From Escherichia phage vB_EcoM-G28, in the sequence record NC_054916.1: 64,000 nucleotides of DNA; one strand, written 5' to 3'. The translations under genes were made by a program, and so were the position numbers. Each line of letters starts with the position of its first letter. The first letter of the stretch is position 1. Below, one piece after another: positions 49,499 to 60,442 of the stretch. The notes beneath the pieces were generated by a model. That model searched no databases and was not told the origin of the DNA. It saw only the letters and a list, made by a program, of their open reading frames with translations.

Positions 49499-49732
49499 AT
49501 GTTACTAGAATTTAAACAATTTCTTTATGAAGCTTCTATTGATGAATTTATGGGTAAAATTGCCTCTTGTCAAACATTAGAAGGTTTAGAAGAACTTGAA
49601 GCTTATTATAAGAAAAGAGTCAAAGAAACTGAATTAAAAGACACTGATGACATCTCTGTGAGAGATGCTTTGGCAGGAAAAAGAGCTGAATTAGAAGATT
49701 CAGACGATGATGAAGTAGAAGAAAGCTTTTAA
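49499..49732 (+). CDS. uvsW.1: UvsW.1, 77 aa (start MLLEFKQF)
   Basis: Size and synteny; acidic C-terminus. Confidence 0.7.
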   Translation: MLLEFKQFLYEASIDEFMGKIASCQTLEGLEELEAYYKKRVKETELKDTDDISVRDALAGKRAELEDSDDDEVEESF

Positions 49733-49741
49733 ATTAAAAAA

Positions 49742-49764
49742 GGCCCAACCGAAAAGGAAGGGCC
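49742..49764 (-). terminator. Hairpin GGCCC...GGGCC followed by T6 on the minus strand
   Basis: 5-bp stem, long loop; T-run on minus strand. Confidence 0.35.
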
Positions 49765-49787
49765 AAAACTATAGACTAAAGGTCACA

Positions 49788-49955
49788 CTATAGCAAAAGT
49801 TGTGTTTCATTTAATTGTTCTTCCGAACTTTCTGAAACTGGTAGTTCTTTAATGTAATTATAGCAAGGCCCAGGATGTACAGGACCTTTGTCTGTTTCAA
49901 CAACCAATGCAGAATCGATTGGAGTTTTACAGACAACACAAATCTTATCTGACAT
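49788..49955 (-). CDS. Small Cys-containing protein, 55 aa (uvsY.-2 position), possible zinc ribbon
   Basis: Hand-translated (MSDKICVVCKTPIDS...PGPCYNY); strong GAGGAG RBS. Confidence 0.5.
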   Translation of the reverse strand: MSDKICVVCKTPIDSALVVETDKGPVHPGPCYNYIKELPVSESSEEQLNETQLLL

Positions 49956-49983
49956 GATTGTCTCCTCTGAATTATATATCTAT

Positions 49984-50208
49984 TTATACAACTCTCATAT
50001 GCATATCAATGCCCATATCTTTAGAATAAAAATATTCATCAAGATATCCAGCAAATTTTCCTTTAATATAAAGGACATCTTCACCACATGGATGGTCGGC
50101 CAGGATACGAATATCCTGACGCTTAAGATTATACTTTTTCATTAAGAATTGAATTTCCGTTTCAAATTCTTCTTCATAATTAAAAGCATCATCAATGTTA
50201 TATCTCAT
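49984..50208 (-). CDS. Hypothetical protein, 74 aa (uvsY.-1 position)
   Basis: ORF, synteny. Confidence 0.6.
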   Translation of the reverse strand: MRYNIDDAFNYEEEFETEIQFLMKKYNLKRQDIRILADHPCGEDVLYIKGKFAGYLDEYFYSKDMGIDMHMRVV

Positions 50209-50621
50209 TATTTTCCAGCCTCAAATGCCCGCATGTCTTGAATATGCTTAATAGCAAATCCACGTGATTTAATAGCATCAAGAGCTCCGCTACAGAAATC
50301 CAATAAAATCCCCCAATACTGTAACGATGTATCAACCTTTAAAACATCCTTATCAGCTGATAGAACTGTCTTCATTTCTGATTTCTCGTAACGATCCATA
50401 CTAAATTCATCACCATCTCCTCGTCCCGAGTAGTAGTCTAATTTAGCTTTAAGAGCAACTTTTTTCTGTGCTTCAATTCTAAGCATTTCCTTTTTAATAC
50501 TTGAATGCTTATTAAGCCATTTACTATATAACATCACATTATTAGCTGCTTCATACTGTAATTTAGTCGAATCTATAAACACATCTTTCTTCAATTCTTC
50601 TTGAAGATCTTCTAATCTCAT
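50208..50621 (-). CDS. uvsY: UvsY recombination mediator, 137 aa
   Basis: Size and synteny. Confidence 0.9.
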   Translation of the reverse strand: MRLEDLQEELKKDVFIDSTKLQYEAANNVMLYSKWLNKHSSIKKEMLRIEAQKKVALKAKLDYYSGRGDGDEFSMDRYEKSEMKTVLSADKDVLKVDTSLQYWGILLDFCSGALDAIKSRGFAIKHIQDMRAFEAGK

Positions 50622-50687
50622 ATTGTTCTCTATTCAATTGTTATTGGATGGACTTAGATTCATTATACCACGTTTATACGTGAAGCA

Positions 50688-51086
50688 TTATACTCTGTTA
50701 CTGGAAGCCAGTTGTAGTTTTATCTGCTCAATATCATCAGGATTATCGATGACCGAAAAGCGTATTTCTACTATCAGAGTATAATCATCATAAACTGGTA
50801 TTACATTAACTGCTAATTTATCAATACGTGGCTCATAGTTTCTTACTGCGCTTTCGATGTTACGCTCAACAGTATCAGCAGTAAGAGGAGTCATATTCTC
50901 AAAAAGTTGATCAGATAAATCGCATCCAAATTCTGGGTCAAACGGTCTCGACCCTTTTCTGGTTGTGATAATTCCCAAAAGGCTATTTTTAATTGACCTT
51001 AATCCAAGAGATCTAGAAACATCTTTGTCCCAATCCATTTTCATTTCTGGGTCAATGTCAGAATAAAGCTTATTAATATTTGCCAT
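50688..51086 (-). CDS. 25: gp25 baseplate wedge (LysM-like fold), 132 aa
   Basis: Size and synteny. Confidence 0.9.
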   Translation of the reverse strand: MANINKLYSDIDPEMKMDWDKDVSRSLGLRSIKNSLLGIITTRKGSRPFDPEFGCDLSDQLFENMTPLTADTVERNIESAVRNYEPRIDKLAVNVIPVYDDYTLIVEIRFSVIDNPDDIEQIKLQLASSNRV

Positions 51087-51712
51087 TACAATAGCTCAAA
51101 GAATTCTTTGAGTCCTCTTATTACATGAGCGTGAGATTTTCCACACTCTGGACACTTAATTGGAACAGCCAAATAAACAGTAGGCTTTAAAAGCATATCT
51201 TTTATAGCTACAATATCTGACTCTGTGATGATAGAATATAAATCTTCCAGTTCTTTTTCATTTAAGTCTTCAATTGGAATGCTTTCCCCGTTAGCATGAA
51301 TCGTTTCTATGCATGATACTATCATGTGGGCTATATTTTTATCATCAAAAATTTTAGGGTAATGGAACTTAATTTTAATGTCACCCAGTGTATACCAGAG
51401 GTCTTCTGGTGCATCTATTTGTGTATGTAATAGATTTATATGGGTTGGTATTTCAGTTCCGCAGGTGCACTTCCAGGAGTTTTCGTGATTAACTTCGCCA
51501 AGAGAATGTGCCCATAAATGAATCAACAATAGTTCTGATTCTTGACGATTTAAATCTTTTGCATTTGTGCAGTCTTTGATTAGCTTTTTAACAATTACTT
51601 CTACGGAACCATTATTTTTGGCAGTAATAAGTTCTAGATATTCTTTAAGAGTAAATGCACGACAGTTGATTATTTTAGAACCAACTCTCACGTCAAATTT
51701 GTATTCATACAT
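51086..51712 (-). CDS. 26: gp26 baseplate hub, 208 aa
   Basis: Size and synteny. Confidence 0.85.
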   Translation of the reverse strand: MYEYKFDVRVGSKIINCRAFTLKEYLELITAKNNGSVEVIVKKLIKDCTNAKDLNRQESELLLIHLWAHSLGEVNHENSWKCTCGTEIPTHINLLHTQIDAPEDLWYTLGDIKIKFHYPKIFDDKNIAHMIVSCIETIHANGESIPIEDLNEKELEDLYSIITESDIVAIKDMLLKPTVYLAVPIKCPECGKSHAHVIRGLKEFFELL

Positions 51713-51733
51713 ATTTAGCTCCTTTATTTATCA

Positions 51734-51741
51734 TATTTATA
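51734..51741 (-). promoter_or_regulatory. Late promoter TATAAATA (minus) for genes 26/25
   Basis: Part of the palindromic TATTTATAAATA element. Confidence 0.55.
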
Positions 51742-51745
51742 AATA
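51738..51745 (+). promoter_or_regulatory. Late promoter TATAAATA (plus) for gene 51
   Basis: Overlaps the minus-strand box by 4 nt. Confidence 0.55.
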
Positions 51746-51762
51746 GAATAAAAGGAGCATCT

Positions 51763-52512
51763 ATGGCAAACATTATTCGTTGTAAATTACCAGATGGTGT
51801 TCATCGTTTTAAACCATTTACGGTAGAAGATTATCGAGATTTTTTGTTAGTTCGAAACGATATAGAACATCGGTCACCACAAGAACAAAAAGAAATAATT
51901 GCTGATTTAATTGCCGATTATTTTGGAGACTATCCGAAGACTTGGCAACCATTTATATTTTTGCAGGTATTTGTAGGGTCAATAGGTAAAACTAAAGTAC
52001 CGGTCACATTTGTATGTCCAAAATGTAAAAAAGAAAAGACGGTTCCATTTGAAATATATCAAAAAGAATTAAAGGAACCTGTTTTTGATGTAGCTAATGT
52101 TAAAATTAAATTAAAGTTTCCTTCTGAGTTTTATGAAAATAAAGCAAAGATGATTACTGAAAATATTCATTCTGTTCAAGTAGATGAAACATGGTATGAT
52201 TGGAAGGAAATTAGTGAATCAAGTCAAATAGAACTTGTTGATGCCATCGAGATAGAAACATTAGAAAAAATTCTCGATGCATTGAATCCTATTAATTTAA
52301 CGCTACATATGTCCTGCTGTGATAAGTATGTAAAAAAATACACTGATATAGTAGATGTGTTTAAGCTATTAGTTAACCCAGATGAGATATTTACTTTTTA
52401 TCAAATTAATCACACACTCGTAAAAAGTAATTATAGTTTAAATTCAATAATGAAAATGATTCCTGCCGAGCGCGGATTCGTATTAAAACTGATTGAGAAG
52501 GATAAACAATAA
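51763..52512 (+). CDS. 51: gp51 baseplate hub assembly catalyst, 249 aa
   Basis: Size and synteny. Confidence 0.85.
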   Translation: MANIIRCKLPDGVHRFKPFTVEDYRDFLLVRNDIEHRSPQEQKEIIADLIADYFGDYPKTWQPFIFLQVFVGSIGKTKVPVTFVCPKCKKEKTVPFEIYQKELKEPVFDVANVKIKLKFPSEFYENKAKMITENIHSVQVDETWYDWKEISESSQIELVDAIEIETLEKILDALNPINLTLHMSCCDKYVKKYTDIVDVFKLLVNPDEIFTFYQINHTLVKSNYSLNSIMKMIPAERGFVLKLIEKDKQ

Positions 52513-53687
52513 TGAGTATGTTGCAACGCCCAGGATATCCAAATCTCAGCGTTAAATTATTTGATAGCTACGACGCTTGGAGTAATAATAGATTTGTTGA
52601 ATTAGCTGCTACTATTACCACATTAACTATGCGGGATTCTCTTTATGGCCGAAATGAAGGAATGCTGCAGTTTTATGATTCTAAAAACATCCATACAAAA
52701 ATGGATGGAAATGAAATAATTCAGATTTCTGTAGCTAATGCAAACGATATTAATAATGTTAAAACAAGAATTTATGGATGTAAGCATTTTTCCGTGTCAG
52801 TAGATTCAAAAGGTGATAACATCATTGCTATTGAATTGGGAACTATTCATTCTATAGAAAATCTTAAATTTGGCAGACCGTTTTTTCCTGATGCAGGTGA
52901 ATCTATAAAGGAAATGCTTGGCGTCATTTATCAAGACCGTACGCTATTGACTCCAGCAATAAATGCTATAAATGCTTATGTTCCTGATATTCCGTGGACT
53001 AGTACATTTGAAAACTATTTGTCATATGTCAGAGAAGTTGCTCTAGCTGTAGGAAGTGACAAATTTGTATTTGTGTGGCAAGACATCATGGGAGTTAACA
53101 TGATGGACTATGATATGATGATAAATCAAGAACCATATCCAATGATTGTCGGTGAGCCATCTTTAATAGGTCAATTCATCCAAGAATTAAAATATCCATT
53201 AGCGTATGATTTCGTTTGGTTGACTAAATCGAATCCCCACAAACGTGACCCAATGAAAAACGCTACTATCTACGCTCATTCATTTTTAGATTCTTCATTG
53301 CCAATGATTACTACAGGAAAAGGCGAAAACTCTATTGTAGTGTCAAGGTCAGGTGCTTATTCTGAAATGACTTATAGGAATGGATATGAAGAAGCTATTC
53401 GTCTTCAAACTATGGCACAATACGATGGCTATGCTAAATGTTCTACTGTCGGTAATTTTAACTTGACTCCTGGCGTTAAAATTATTTTTAATGATAGTAA
53501 AAACCAATTTAAAACAGAATTTTACGTTGATGAAGTTATTCATGAATTATCCAATAATAATTCAGTAACTCATCTATATATGTTCACTAATGCAACGAAA
53601 CTGGAAACAATAGACCCAGTTAAGGTTAAAAATGAATTTAAATCTGATACTACCACTGAAGAAAGTAGTTCTTCCAATAAGCAATAA
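52512..53687 (+). CDS. 27: gp27 baseplate hub, 391 aa
   Basis: Size and synteny. Confidence 0.9.
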   Translation: MSMLQRPGYPNLSVKLFDSYDAWSNNRFVELAATITTLTMRDSLYGRNEGMLQFYDSKNIHTKMDGNEIIQISVANANDINNVKTRIYGCKHFSVSVDSKGDNIIAIELGTIHSIENLKFGRPFFPDAGESIKEMLGVIYQDRTLLTPAINAINAYVPDIPWTSTFENYLSYVREVALAVGSDKFVFVWQDIMGVNMMDYDMMINQEPYPMIVGEPSLIGQFIQELKYPLAYDFVWLTKSNPHKRDPMKNATIYAHSFLDSSLPMITTGKGENSIVVSRSGAYSEMTYRNGYEEAIRLQTMAQYDGYAKCSTVGNFNLTPGVKIIFNDSKNQFKTEFYVDEVIHELSNNNSVTHLYMFTNATKLETIDPVKVKNEFKSDTTTEESSSSNKQ

Positions 53688-54165
53688 AGAAGTTTCTATT
53701 CCTAAAATGGGTCTTAAACATTATAACATTTTGAAAGATGTTAAAGGTCCTGATGAAAATTTAAAACTTCTTATTGATTCTATTTGTCCGAATTTATCAC
53801 CGGCAGAAGTTGATTTCGTTTCTATTCATTTATTGGAATTTAATGGAAAGATTAAATCTCGCAAAGAAATAGATGGCTATACTTATGACATTAATGATGT
53901 TTACGTGTGTCAAAGATTAGAATTTCAATACCAAGGAAATACATTTTATTTTAGACCTCCTGGAAAATTTGAACAATTTTTAACTGTGAGCGATATGTTA
54001 TCTAAATGCTTGCTTAAGGTCAATGATGAAGTTAAAGAAATTAATTTTCTTGAGATGCCAGCATTCGTTTTAAAATGGGCAAATGATATTTTTACAACTT
54101 TAGCAATTCCTGGCCCTAATGGTCCAATAACTGGAATTGGCAATATTATTGGATTATTTGAATGA
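53632..54165 (+). CDS. 28: gp28 baseplate hub distal subunit, 177 aa
   Basis: Size and synteny. Confidence 0.85.
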   Translation: MNLNLILPLKKVVLPISNKEVSIPKMGLKHYNILKDVKGPDENLKLLIDSICPNLSPAEVDFVSIHLLEFNGKIKSRKEIDGYTYDINDVYVCQRLEFQYQGNTFYFRPPGKFEQFLTVSDMLSKCLLKVNDEVKEINFLEMPAFVLKWANDIFTTLAIPGPNGPITGIGNIIGLFE

Positions 54166-55934
54166 AAAAGCCACAAGAAATGCAAACGATGCGTAGAAAA
54201 GTTATTTCAGATAATAAACCAACACAGGAAGCGGCTAAATCCGCTTCTAACACTTTATCTGGACTTAACGATATATCTACGAAATTGGATGATGCTCAAG
54301 CTGCTTCTGAATTAATTGCTCAAACTGTCGAAGAAAAATCGAATGAAATAATTGGAGCAATTGACAACGTAGAAAACGCAGTGAGTGATACTACTGCCGG
54401 TTCTGAGTTAATTGCTGAAACTGTCGAAATTGGCAACAATATTAATAAAGAAATTGGTGAATCGCTCGGGAGCAAATTAGATAAATTAACAAGTTTACTA
54501 GAGCAAAAAATTCAGACAGCCGGAATTCAACAGACGGGAACTAGTTTAGCCACGGTTGAAAGCGCTATTCCTGTTAAAGTTGTTGAGGATGATACAGCTG
54601 AATCTGTGGGTCCTTTATTACCGGCTCCTGAAGCAGTTAATAATGATCCTGATGCTGATTTTTTCCCTACCCCTCAGCCAGTTGAGCCCAAACAAGAATC
54701 GCCAGAAGAAAAACAGAAAAAAGACGCATTTAACTTAAAATTATCTCAAGCTTTAGATAAATTAACAAAGACTGTTGATTTCGGATTTAAGAAATCTATT
54801 TCAATTACTGATAAAATATCAAGCATGCTATTTAAGTATACCGTCAGTGCTGCTATTGAAGCTGCTAAAATGACAGCAATGATATTGGCTGTTGTTGTCG
54901 GAATAGACCTGTTGATGGTTCATTTCAAATATTGGTCAGATAAATTTTCACAAGCTTGGGATTTGTTTAGTACAGACTTTACTAAATTCTCTAGCGAAAC
55001 CGGAACATGGGGTCCTTTATTACAAAGCATCTTTAGTTCTATCGATGAAATTAAAAAATTCTGGGAAGCGGGAGACTGGGGTGGTTTGACTGTAGCTATT
55101 GTAGAAGGGCTTGGAAAGGTTCTTTTTAATTTAGGAGAGCTTATTCAATTAGGTATGGCTAAATTATCTGCTGCAATTCTTCGAGTCATTCCTGGCATGA
55201 AGGATACCGCTGATGAAGTAGAAGGAAGAGCACTAGAAAATTTCCAAAATACTACAAATGCTTCTCTTAACAAAGAAGACCAAGAAAAAGTTGCAAACTA
55301 TCAATATAAAAGAATGAATGGAGAACTTGGTCCGATAGCAAAAGGACTAGACAAAATTGCGAACTGGAAAACTCGTGCATCTAACTGGATTCGTGGTGTT
55401 GATAATAAAGAAGCACTAACGACTGTTGAAGAGAGGGCAGAGGAAGAAGAAAAATTAAAGCAACTTTCTCCGGAGGAAGCTAAAATTGCTTTAATGAAAG
55501 CTAATGAAGCTCGTGCTGCTATGAATCGTTTTGATCAATATGCCGATTCAGCTGATATGAGTAAAGACTCAACAGTTAAATCAGTTGAAGCTGCCTATGA
55601 AGACCTTAAAAAACGGATGGATGACCCGGATTTAAATAATTCACCGGCAGTTAAAAAAGAGCTTGCTGCTAGATTTTCTAAAATTGATGCTACTTATCAA
55701 GAGCTCAAGAAAAATCAGCCTAATGCCAAACCTGAAACTTCTGCTAAATCGCCAGAAGCAAAACAAGTCCAGGTAATAGAAAAGAACAAAGCACAGCAAG
55801 CTCCTGTTCAACAAGCATCTCCTTCGATCAATAATACTAATAATGTTATTAAGAAAAATACTGTCGTTCATAATATGACACCTGTCACGAGCACGACTGC
55901 TCCTGGTGTATTCGATGCGACTGGAGTTAATTAA
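54162..55934 (+). CDS. 29: gp29 tail tape measure / baseplate hub, 590 aa
   Basis: Size and synteny. Confidence 0.9.
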   Translation: MKKPQEMQTMRRKVISDNKPTQEAAKSASNTLSGLNDISTKLDDAQAASELIAQTVEEKSNEIIGAIDNVENAVSDTTAGSELIAETVEIGNNINKEIGESLGSKLDKLTSLLEQKIQTAGIQQTGTSLATVESAIPVKVVEDDTAESVGPLLPAPEAVNNDPDADFFPTPQPVEPKQESPEEKQKKDAFNLKLSQALDKLTKTVDFGFKKSISITDKISSMLFKYTVSAAIEAAKMTAMILAVVVGIDLLMVHFKYWSDKFSQAWDLFSTDFTKFSSETGTWGPLLQSIFSSIDEIKKFWEAGDWGGLTVAIVEGLGKVLFNLGELIQLGMAKLSAAILRVIPGMKDTADEVEGRALENFQNTTNASLNKEDQEKVANYQYKRMNGELGPIAKGLDKIANWKTRASNWIRGVDNKEALTTVEERAEEEEKLKQLSPEEAKIALMKANEARAAMNRFDQYADSADMSKDSTVKSVEAAYEDLKKRMDDPDLNNSPAVKKELAARFSKIDATYQELKKNQPNAKPETSAKSPEAKQVQVIEKNKAQQAPVQQASPSINNTNNVIKKNTVVHNMTPVTSTTAPGVFDATGVN

Positions 55935-55942
55935 GGAATAAT

Positions 55943-57037
55943 ATGGCAATTGTTAAAGAAATAACTGCTGATTTAATTAAAAAGTCCGGTGAGAAAATTT
56001 CAGCCGGACAGAGTACTAAATCAGAAGTAGGAACTAAAACATACACAGCCCAGTTTCCAACTGGGCGTGCTAGTGGTAATGACACTACAGGGGACTTCCA
56101 GGTAACAGATCTATATAAGAATGGATTATTATTTACTGCATACAATATGTCATCTAGGGATTCTGGAAGTCTTAGATCGATGAGATCTAACTACTCTTCT
56201 TCATCTTCGAGTATTTTACGTACAGCTAGAAACACTATTAGTAGTACAGTATCAAAACTATCAAATGGATTAATATCAAATAATAATTCAGGAACAATAA
56301 GTAAATCTCCTATCGCAAACATTCTTTTACCGAGATCTAAATCTGATGTTGATACATCATCACATAGATTTAATGATGTTCAAGAAAGCCTCATCAGTAG
56401 AGGCGGAGGTACTGCTACTGGTGTGCTAAGTAATATTGCTTCAACTGCAGTATTTGGGGCGTTGGAAAGTATAACACAAGGTATAATGGCTGATAATAAT
56501 GAACAGATTTATACGACAGCCAGAAGTATGTATGGTGGTGCTGAAAATAGAACTAAAGTGTTTACATGGGATTTGACTCCACGTTCAACAGAAGATTTAA
56601 TGGCTATTATTAATATCTATCAATATTTTAACTATTTTTCTTATGGTGAAACGGGTAAATCTCAATATGCTGCTGAAATAAAGGGGTATTTAGATGATTG
56701 GTATCGTTCTACGTTAATTGAACCTTTATCTCCGGAAGACGCAGCTAAAAATAAAACACTATTTGAGAAAATGACATCGAGTTTAACCAACGTTCTAGTA
56801 GTTTCAAACCCGACAGTTTGGATGGTGAAAAACTTTGGTGCAACATCTAAGTTTGATGGAAAAACGGAAATATTTGGTCCATGCCAAATCCAGAGCATCA
56901 GATTTGATAAAACACCTAATGGTAACTTTAACGGATTAGCTATTGCTCCAAACCTCCCTAGTACATTTACTCTCGAGATTACTATGAGAGAAATTATCAC
57001 GTTAAACCGTGCTTCTTTATATGCGGGGACTTTTTAA
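55943..57037 (+). CDS. 48: gp48 baseplate-tail tube junction, 364 aa
   Basis: Size and synteny. Confidence 0.9.
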   Translation: MAIVKEITADLIKKSGEKISAGQSTKSEVGTKTYTAQFPTGRASGNDTTGDFQVTDLYKNGLLFTAYNMSSRDSGSLRSMRSNYSSSSSSILRTARNTISSTVSKLSNGLISNNNSGTISKSPIANILLPRSKSDVDTSSHRFNDVQESLISRGGGTATGVLSNIASTAVFGALESITQGIMADNNEQIYTTARSMYGGAENRTKVFTWDLTPRSTEDLMAIINIYQYFNYFSYGETGKSQYAAEIKGYLDDWYRSTLIEPLSPEDAAKNKTLFEKMTSSLTNVLVVSNPTVWMVKNFGATSKFDGKTEIFGPCQIQSIRFDKTPNGNFNGLAIAPNLPSTFTLEITMREIITLNRASLYAGTF

Positions 57038-58002
57038 TGTATTCTTTAGAGGAATTTAATAATCAAGCAATAAACGCAGATTTCCAACGTAATAATATGT
57101 TTAGCTGCGTTTTTGCAACAACTCCATCAACTAAAAGCTCTTCGTTGATAAGTTCAATTAGCAACTTTTCTTATAATAACTTGGGCCTAAATTCAGATTG
57201 GTTAGGATTAACTCAAGGTGATATTAATCAGGGAATTACCACGCTAATTACAGCTGGCACACAAAAACTGATAAGAAAATCAGGGGTTAGTAAATATCTT
57301 ATTGGTGCCATGAGTCAACGTACAGTTCAAAGTTTATTGGGCTCATTTACAGTTGGTACATATTTAATTGACTTCTTTAACATGGCATATAACTCATCTG
57401 GATTGATGATATATTCAGTAAAAATGCCAGAGAATAGATTATCCTATGAAACTGACTGGAACTATAATTCTCCTAATATTCGTATAACTGGGAGAGAATT
57501 AGACCCTTTGGTTATTTCATTTAGAATGGATTCAGAAGCATGTAACTATCGTGCAATGCAAGACTGGGTTAACTCTGTTCAAGACCCAGTAACTGGATTG
57601 CGTGCTTTGCCACAAGATGTCGAGGCAGATATTCAGGTTAATCTTCATTCTCGTAATGGACTGCCTCATACTGCGGTGATGTTCACCGGATGCATTCCAA
57701 TATCAGTGAGCGCTCCTGAGTTATCATATGATGGAGATAACCAAATAACTACATTTGATGTTACTTTTGCGTACAGAGTGATGCAGGCTGGAGCAGTTGA
57801 TAGGCAAGCTGCGCTTGAATGGCTTGAATCTGCTGCTATAAATGGTATTCAAAGCGTTCTTGGAAATAGTGGAGGTGTTACTGGACTATCTAATTCGCTT
57901 TCACGATTTAGTAGATTAGGAGGAACTGCAGGAAGCATTTCAAACATTAATACTATGACAGGGATTGTCAATTCACAGAGTAAAATATTAGGAGCAATAT
58001 AA
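57037..58002 (+). CDS. 54: gp54 baseplate-tail tube initiator, 321 aa
   Basis: Size and synteny. Confidence 0.9.
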   Translation: MYSLEEFNNQAINADFQRNNMFSCVFATTPSTKSSSLISSISNFSYNNLGLNSDWLGLTQGDINQGITTLITAGTQKLIRKSGVSKYLIGAMSQRTVQSLLGSFTVGTYLIDFFNMAYNSSGLMIYSVKMPENRLSYETDWNYNSPNIRITGRELDPLVISFRMDSEACNYRAMQDWVNSVQDPVTGLRALPQDVEADIQVNLHSRNGLPHTAVMFTGCIPISVSAPELSYDGDNQITTFDVTFAYRVMQAGAVDRQAALEWLESAAINGIQSVLGNSGGVTGLSNSLSRFSRLGGTAGSISNINTMTGIVNSQSKILGAI

Positions 58003-58006
58003 CAAT

Positions 58007-58036
58007 GGGGACCGAAAGGTCCCCATATTTTTATTT
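58007..58036 (+). terminator. Intrinsic terminator after gene 54 (GGGGACC-GAAA-GGTCCCC + ATATTTTTATTT)
   Basis: Hairpin and T-run. Confidence 0.8.
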
Positions 58037-58321
58037 ACGGAATGAAATAAAAGCAGCAACTGAAGCAACTAAACTGTCTTCAATATAAACTTCAATTTTT
58101 ACCGGAGCTTCTGACTCAAATTTACCTGTTACTACACCTTGGAAAATGCTTTCAGTCTGTTCTGGCTTTGAAAAATTTTCAGAAGGAAAAATTCCGAACT
58201 TTTTATCTGTTCCAAAAATTTTGATAAATTCATCGTAAACCGCTTCATTAAAAGCGTTATCAGCAGGAATAACGCCTTCAACTACGAGTTCTTGACCTAA
58301 AAAGCGCAAAGAAGATTTCAT
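58031..58321 (-). CDS. Hypothetical protein, 96 aa (alt.-3-like position)
   Basis: ORF, synteny. Confidence 0.55.
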   Translation of the reverse strand: MKSSLRFLGQELVVEGVIPADNAFNEAVYDEFIKIFGTDKKFGIFPSENFSKPEQTESIFQGVVTGKFESEAPVKIEVYIEDSLVASVAAFISFRK

Positions 58322-58381
58322 TTTGTGTTCCTCATGTTATGTCAGTAAGATTATTATAACACAACACGAGGGACTTGTAAA

Positions 58382-60439
58382 CTATATTTTGAACTTTTTA
58401 GACATTTCGTTGATGTTAACCAAAGAAGCCAAGATTTGAGAAACTTCGTTTTCCTCTTCTTTTGATTCTTCTACAAGGAATTGATTAAATCCAGCCATTG
58501 GACGAACTTCACCAGTTTCCATTAGATGGTCGCCATCATATACCGATTCTTCTAACTGTTCAGAAGGAGGAACGATTGTGCCTTCGATTAGATACTTGTT
58601 ATAAGCAGTTTCTTTCATCATGTACGTACTCACTTTATTAATCTTCAGCAAAATTCCACGCGGTAGAATAACTTCAGCTTCTGATGGAAATCCTGATAAA
58701 TGACCTGGAACGATAACTTTGATTCGCTCAGCTCCTTTAATTACCATACCCGCGCTAGTTTCAGCATCTTCATTGGCATACGTAGAATGACTGCCCATAT
58801 GCATCAAATCTTCAGCATCAACTGAACCTTCTCCTTCACCAGAAAATACTGTGCCGGAATCATCTAGAGCCATATAGTTTTTACCATACTCACCGAAGAT
58901 ATTTGGTTTAAGCGATGTGGATACGAAGTTCTTGAAGTAGAACATTTTATTTTCAATATTATGACGTAAAGTTTTAAAGGTAACTTCTTGTCCACGGTAA
59001 AGTGTAGTTCCTGGAGGAAGAACTGATCCTTTGGCAAAGGCAGAATCCATTGTCTCGATGTGTTTAATAGCTCGTTCCATATATTCTTCACGGGTAGAAT
59101 CCGGTTTACCTAAAAGGAACGAGTTCATTTCAACATATGAATCTGCACAATAATCTTCAATTACATCAGACTCAGCTTGAGTTAATCCTTTTGGAGTTAC
59201 TTCAGTACTTGCATATTCATACGCTTGAGAAGCAGACTCATTAATCAATTTATAAATGCCATTCATGACAAATTGAACAATAGCTACCTTTTCATCTGGT
59301 GTAGCTTTAGAACCTTTAACTAAATCATTGACGATTTTCTTAATAACATCAAAGCTATTAGAAATATTAATGTCAGCAAGATCACTTAAAATTTTATCAG
59401 TTTTATAATCAAAAAATTCTTTATTCTTTAAATATTCTTGAGAACCTTGATATGATATATCGCTCTGTAACTTGATAGATGGATCACGTAAACGCGCATG
59501 AGCCAATGCAATATGATTTCGGAAGCTTTCTAATTCATAATCGCTAGATTTAAAACGGGAAGCACTTCTCATACCACCGATAGCTCCTTTGCTGAAGTTT
59601 GAACCAACCTGAATAACGCCAGAGTTCATTGGTCCTTCTGCTTTATATACCGGAACTTTAGATTCAAACTCTTGATATTTCTTAGCAGCGAAGCTATCAC
59701 CCTGAAGTGAAGCATCGACAGTAGAATATTGAGCTTGTGCTGCTAATCGACGACTAATTTTAGTTTTCTGAATAACAGCTTGATCCGTACGCTTATCATT
59801 TTCTAAAGCAATAGAAGCAGCAACAGCAACAGCTTTAGGAACAGCATTGCCTGTTTTAACATCTACATAAACATCACCAACCTTTGATTCAACTTTTGTG
59901 AATAACTCAGTTGAAATAGGAGGTACACCTGGAATGTCTTCTAAATTGGCATTTTTACGGTAAACCATAATATATGCATATTTCTTATCATAGTCCCAGA
60001 TTTCCTTTAAAAGAACATATCGACCTGCTCCTTTAGTACGTACTAAACGGTCGGCAATAACTTGCATTTGACGAGCTGCACCGTTTGTTTTACTCTTTAG
60101 TACGCGGAATAAGCATGCGTCAATTTTGTACTGTTTCATTGTCTGAAGAGCAGTATCAAAAACCGCATTAATAACACCAATTGGATTTCCACCCAAGTTT
60201 TTAAGTTTAACGAGCGATAGTTTCTCATTAACACCTATCATTACGATATGCATCATTTTATCGCCTGGCTTAACGTTTTTATTTGTATCACCGCCAGAGG
60301 TGTATGTACAAAATCTAAATCCAGGAAGCACGCTTTCTTCACCGGCTTGAATAGCAAAAATTTGAGGTATTTTATGCTTAGGATTTAAGTTAACAACCGG
60401 CGCCGAAGCGCCGTCAAATAATTCTGTAATAAGTTCCAT
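58382..60439 (-). CDS. Alt-family mono-ADP-ribosyltransferase paralogue, 685 aa
   Basis: N-terminal region similar to the adjacent copy (MELITELFD..., QYKIDAC, RYVLLKE.WDYDKKYAY); ART-like R / S-T-S / E motifs (TLYRG, FVSTSL, EAEVILPRG). Confidence 0.75.
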   Translation of the reverse strand: MELITELFDGASAPVVNLNPKHKIPQIFAIQAGEESVLPGFRFCTYTSGGDTNKNVKPGDKMMHIVMIGVNEKLSLVKLKNLGGNPIGVINAVFDTALQTMKQYKIDACLFRVLKSKTNGAARQMQVIADRLVRTKGAGRYVLLKEIWDYDKKYAYIMVYRKNANLEDIPGVPPISTELFTKVESKVGDVYVDVKTGNAVPKAVAVAASIALENDKRTDQAVIQKTKISRRLAAQAQYSTVDASLQGDSFAAKKYQEFESKVPVYKAEGPMNSGVIQVGSNFSKGAIGGMRSASRFKSSDYELESFRNHIALAHARLRDPSIKLQSDISYQGSQEYLKNKEFFDYKTDKILSDLADINISNSFDVIKKIVNDLVKGSKATPDEKVAIVQFVMNGIYKLINESASQAYEYASTEVTPKGLTQAESDVIEDYCADSYVEMNSFLLGKPDSTREEYMERAIKHIETMDSAFAKGSVLPPGTTLYRGQEVTFKTLRHNIENKMFYFKNFVSTSLKPNIFGEYGKNYMALDDSGTVFSGEGEGSVDAEDLMHMGSHSTYANEDAETSAGMVIKGAERIKVIVPGHLSGFPSEAEVILPRGILLKINKVSTYMMKETAYNKYLIEGTIVPPSEQLEESVYDGDHLMETGEVRPMAGFNQFLVEESKEEENEVSQILASLVNINEMSKKFKI

Positions 60440-60442
60440 GAT

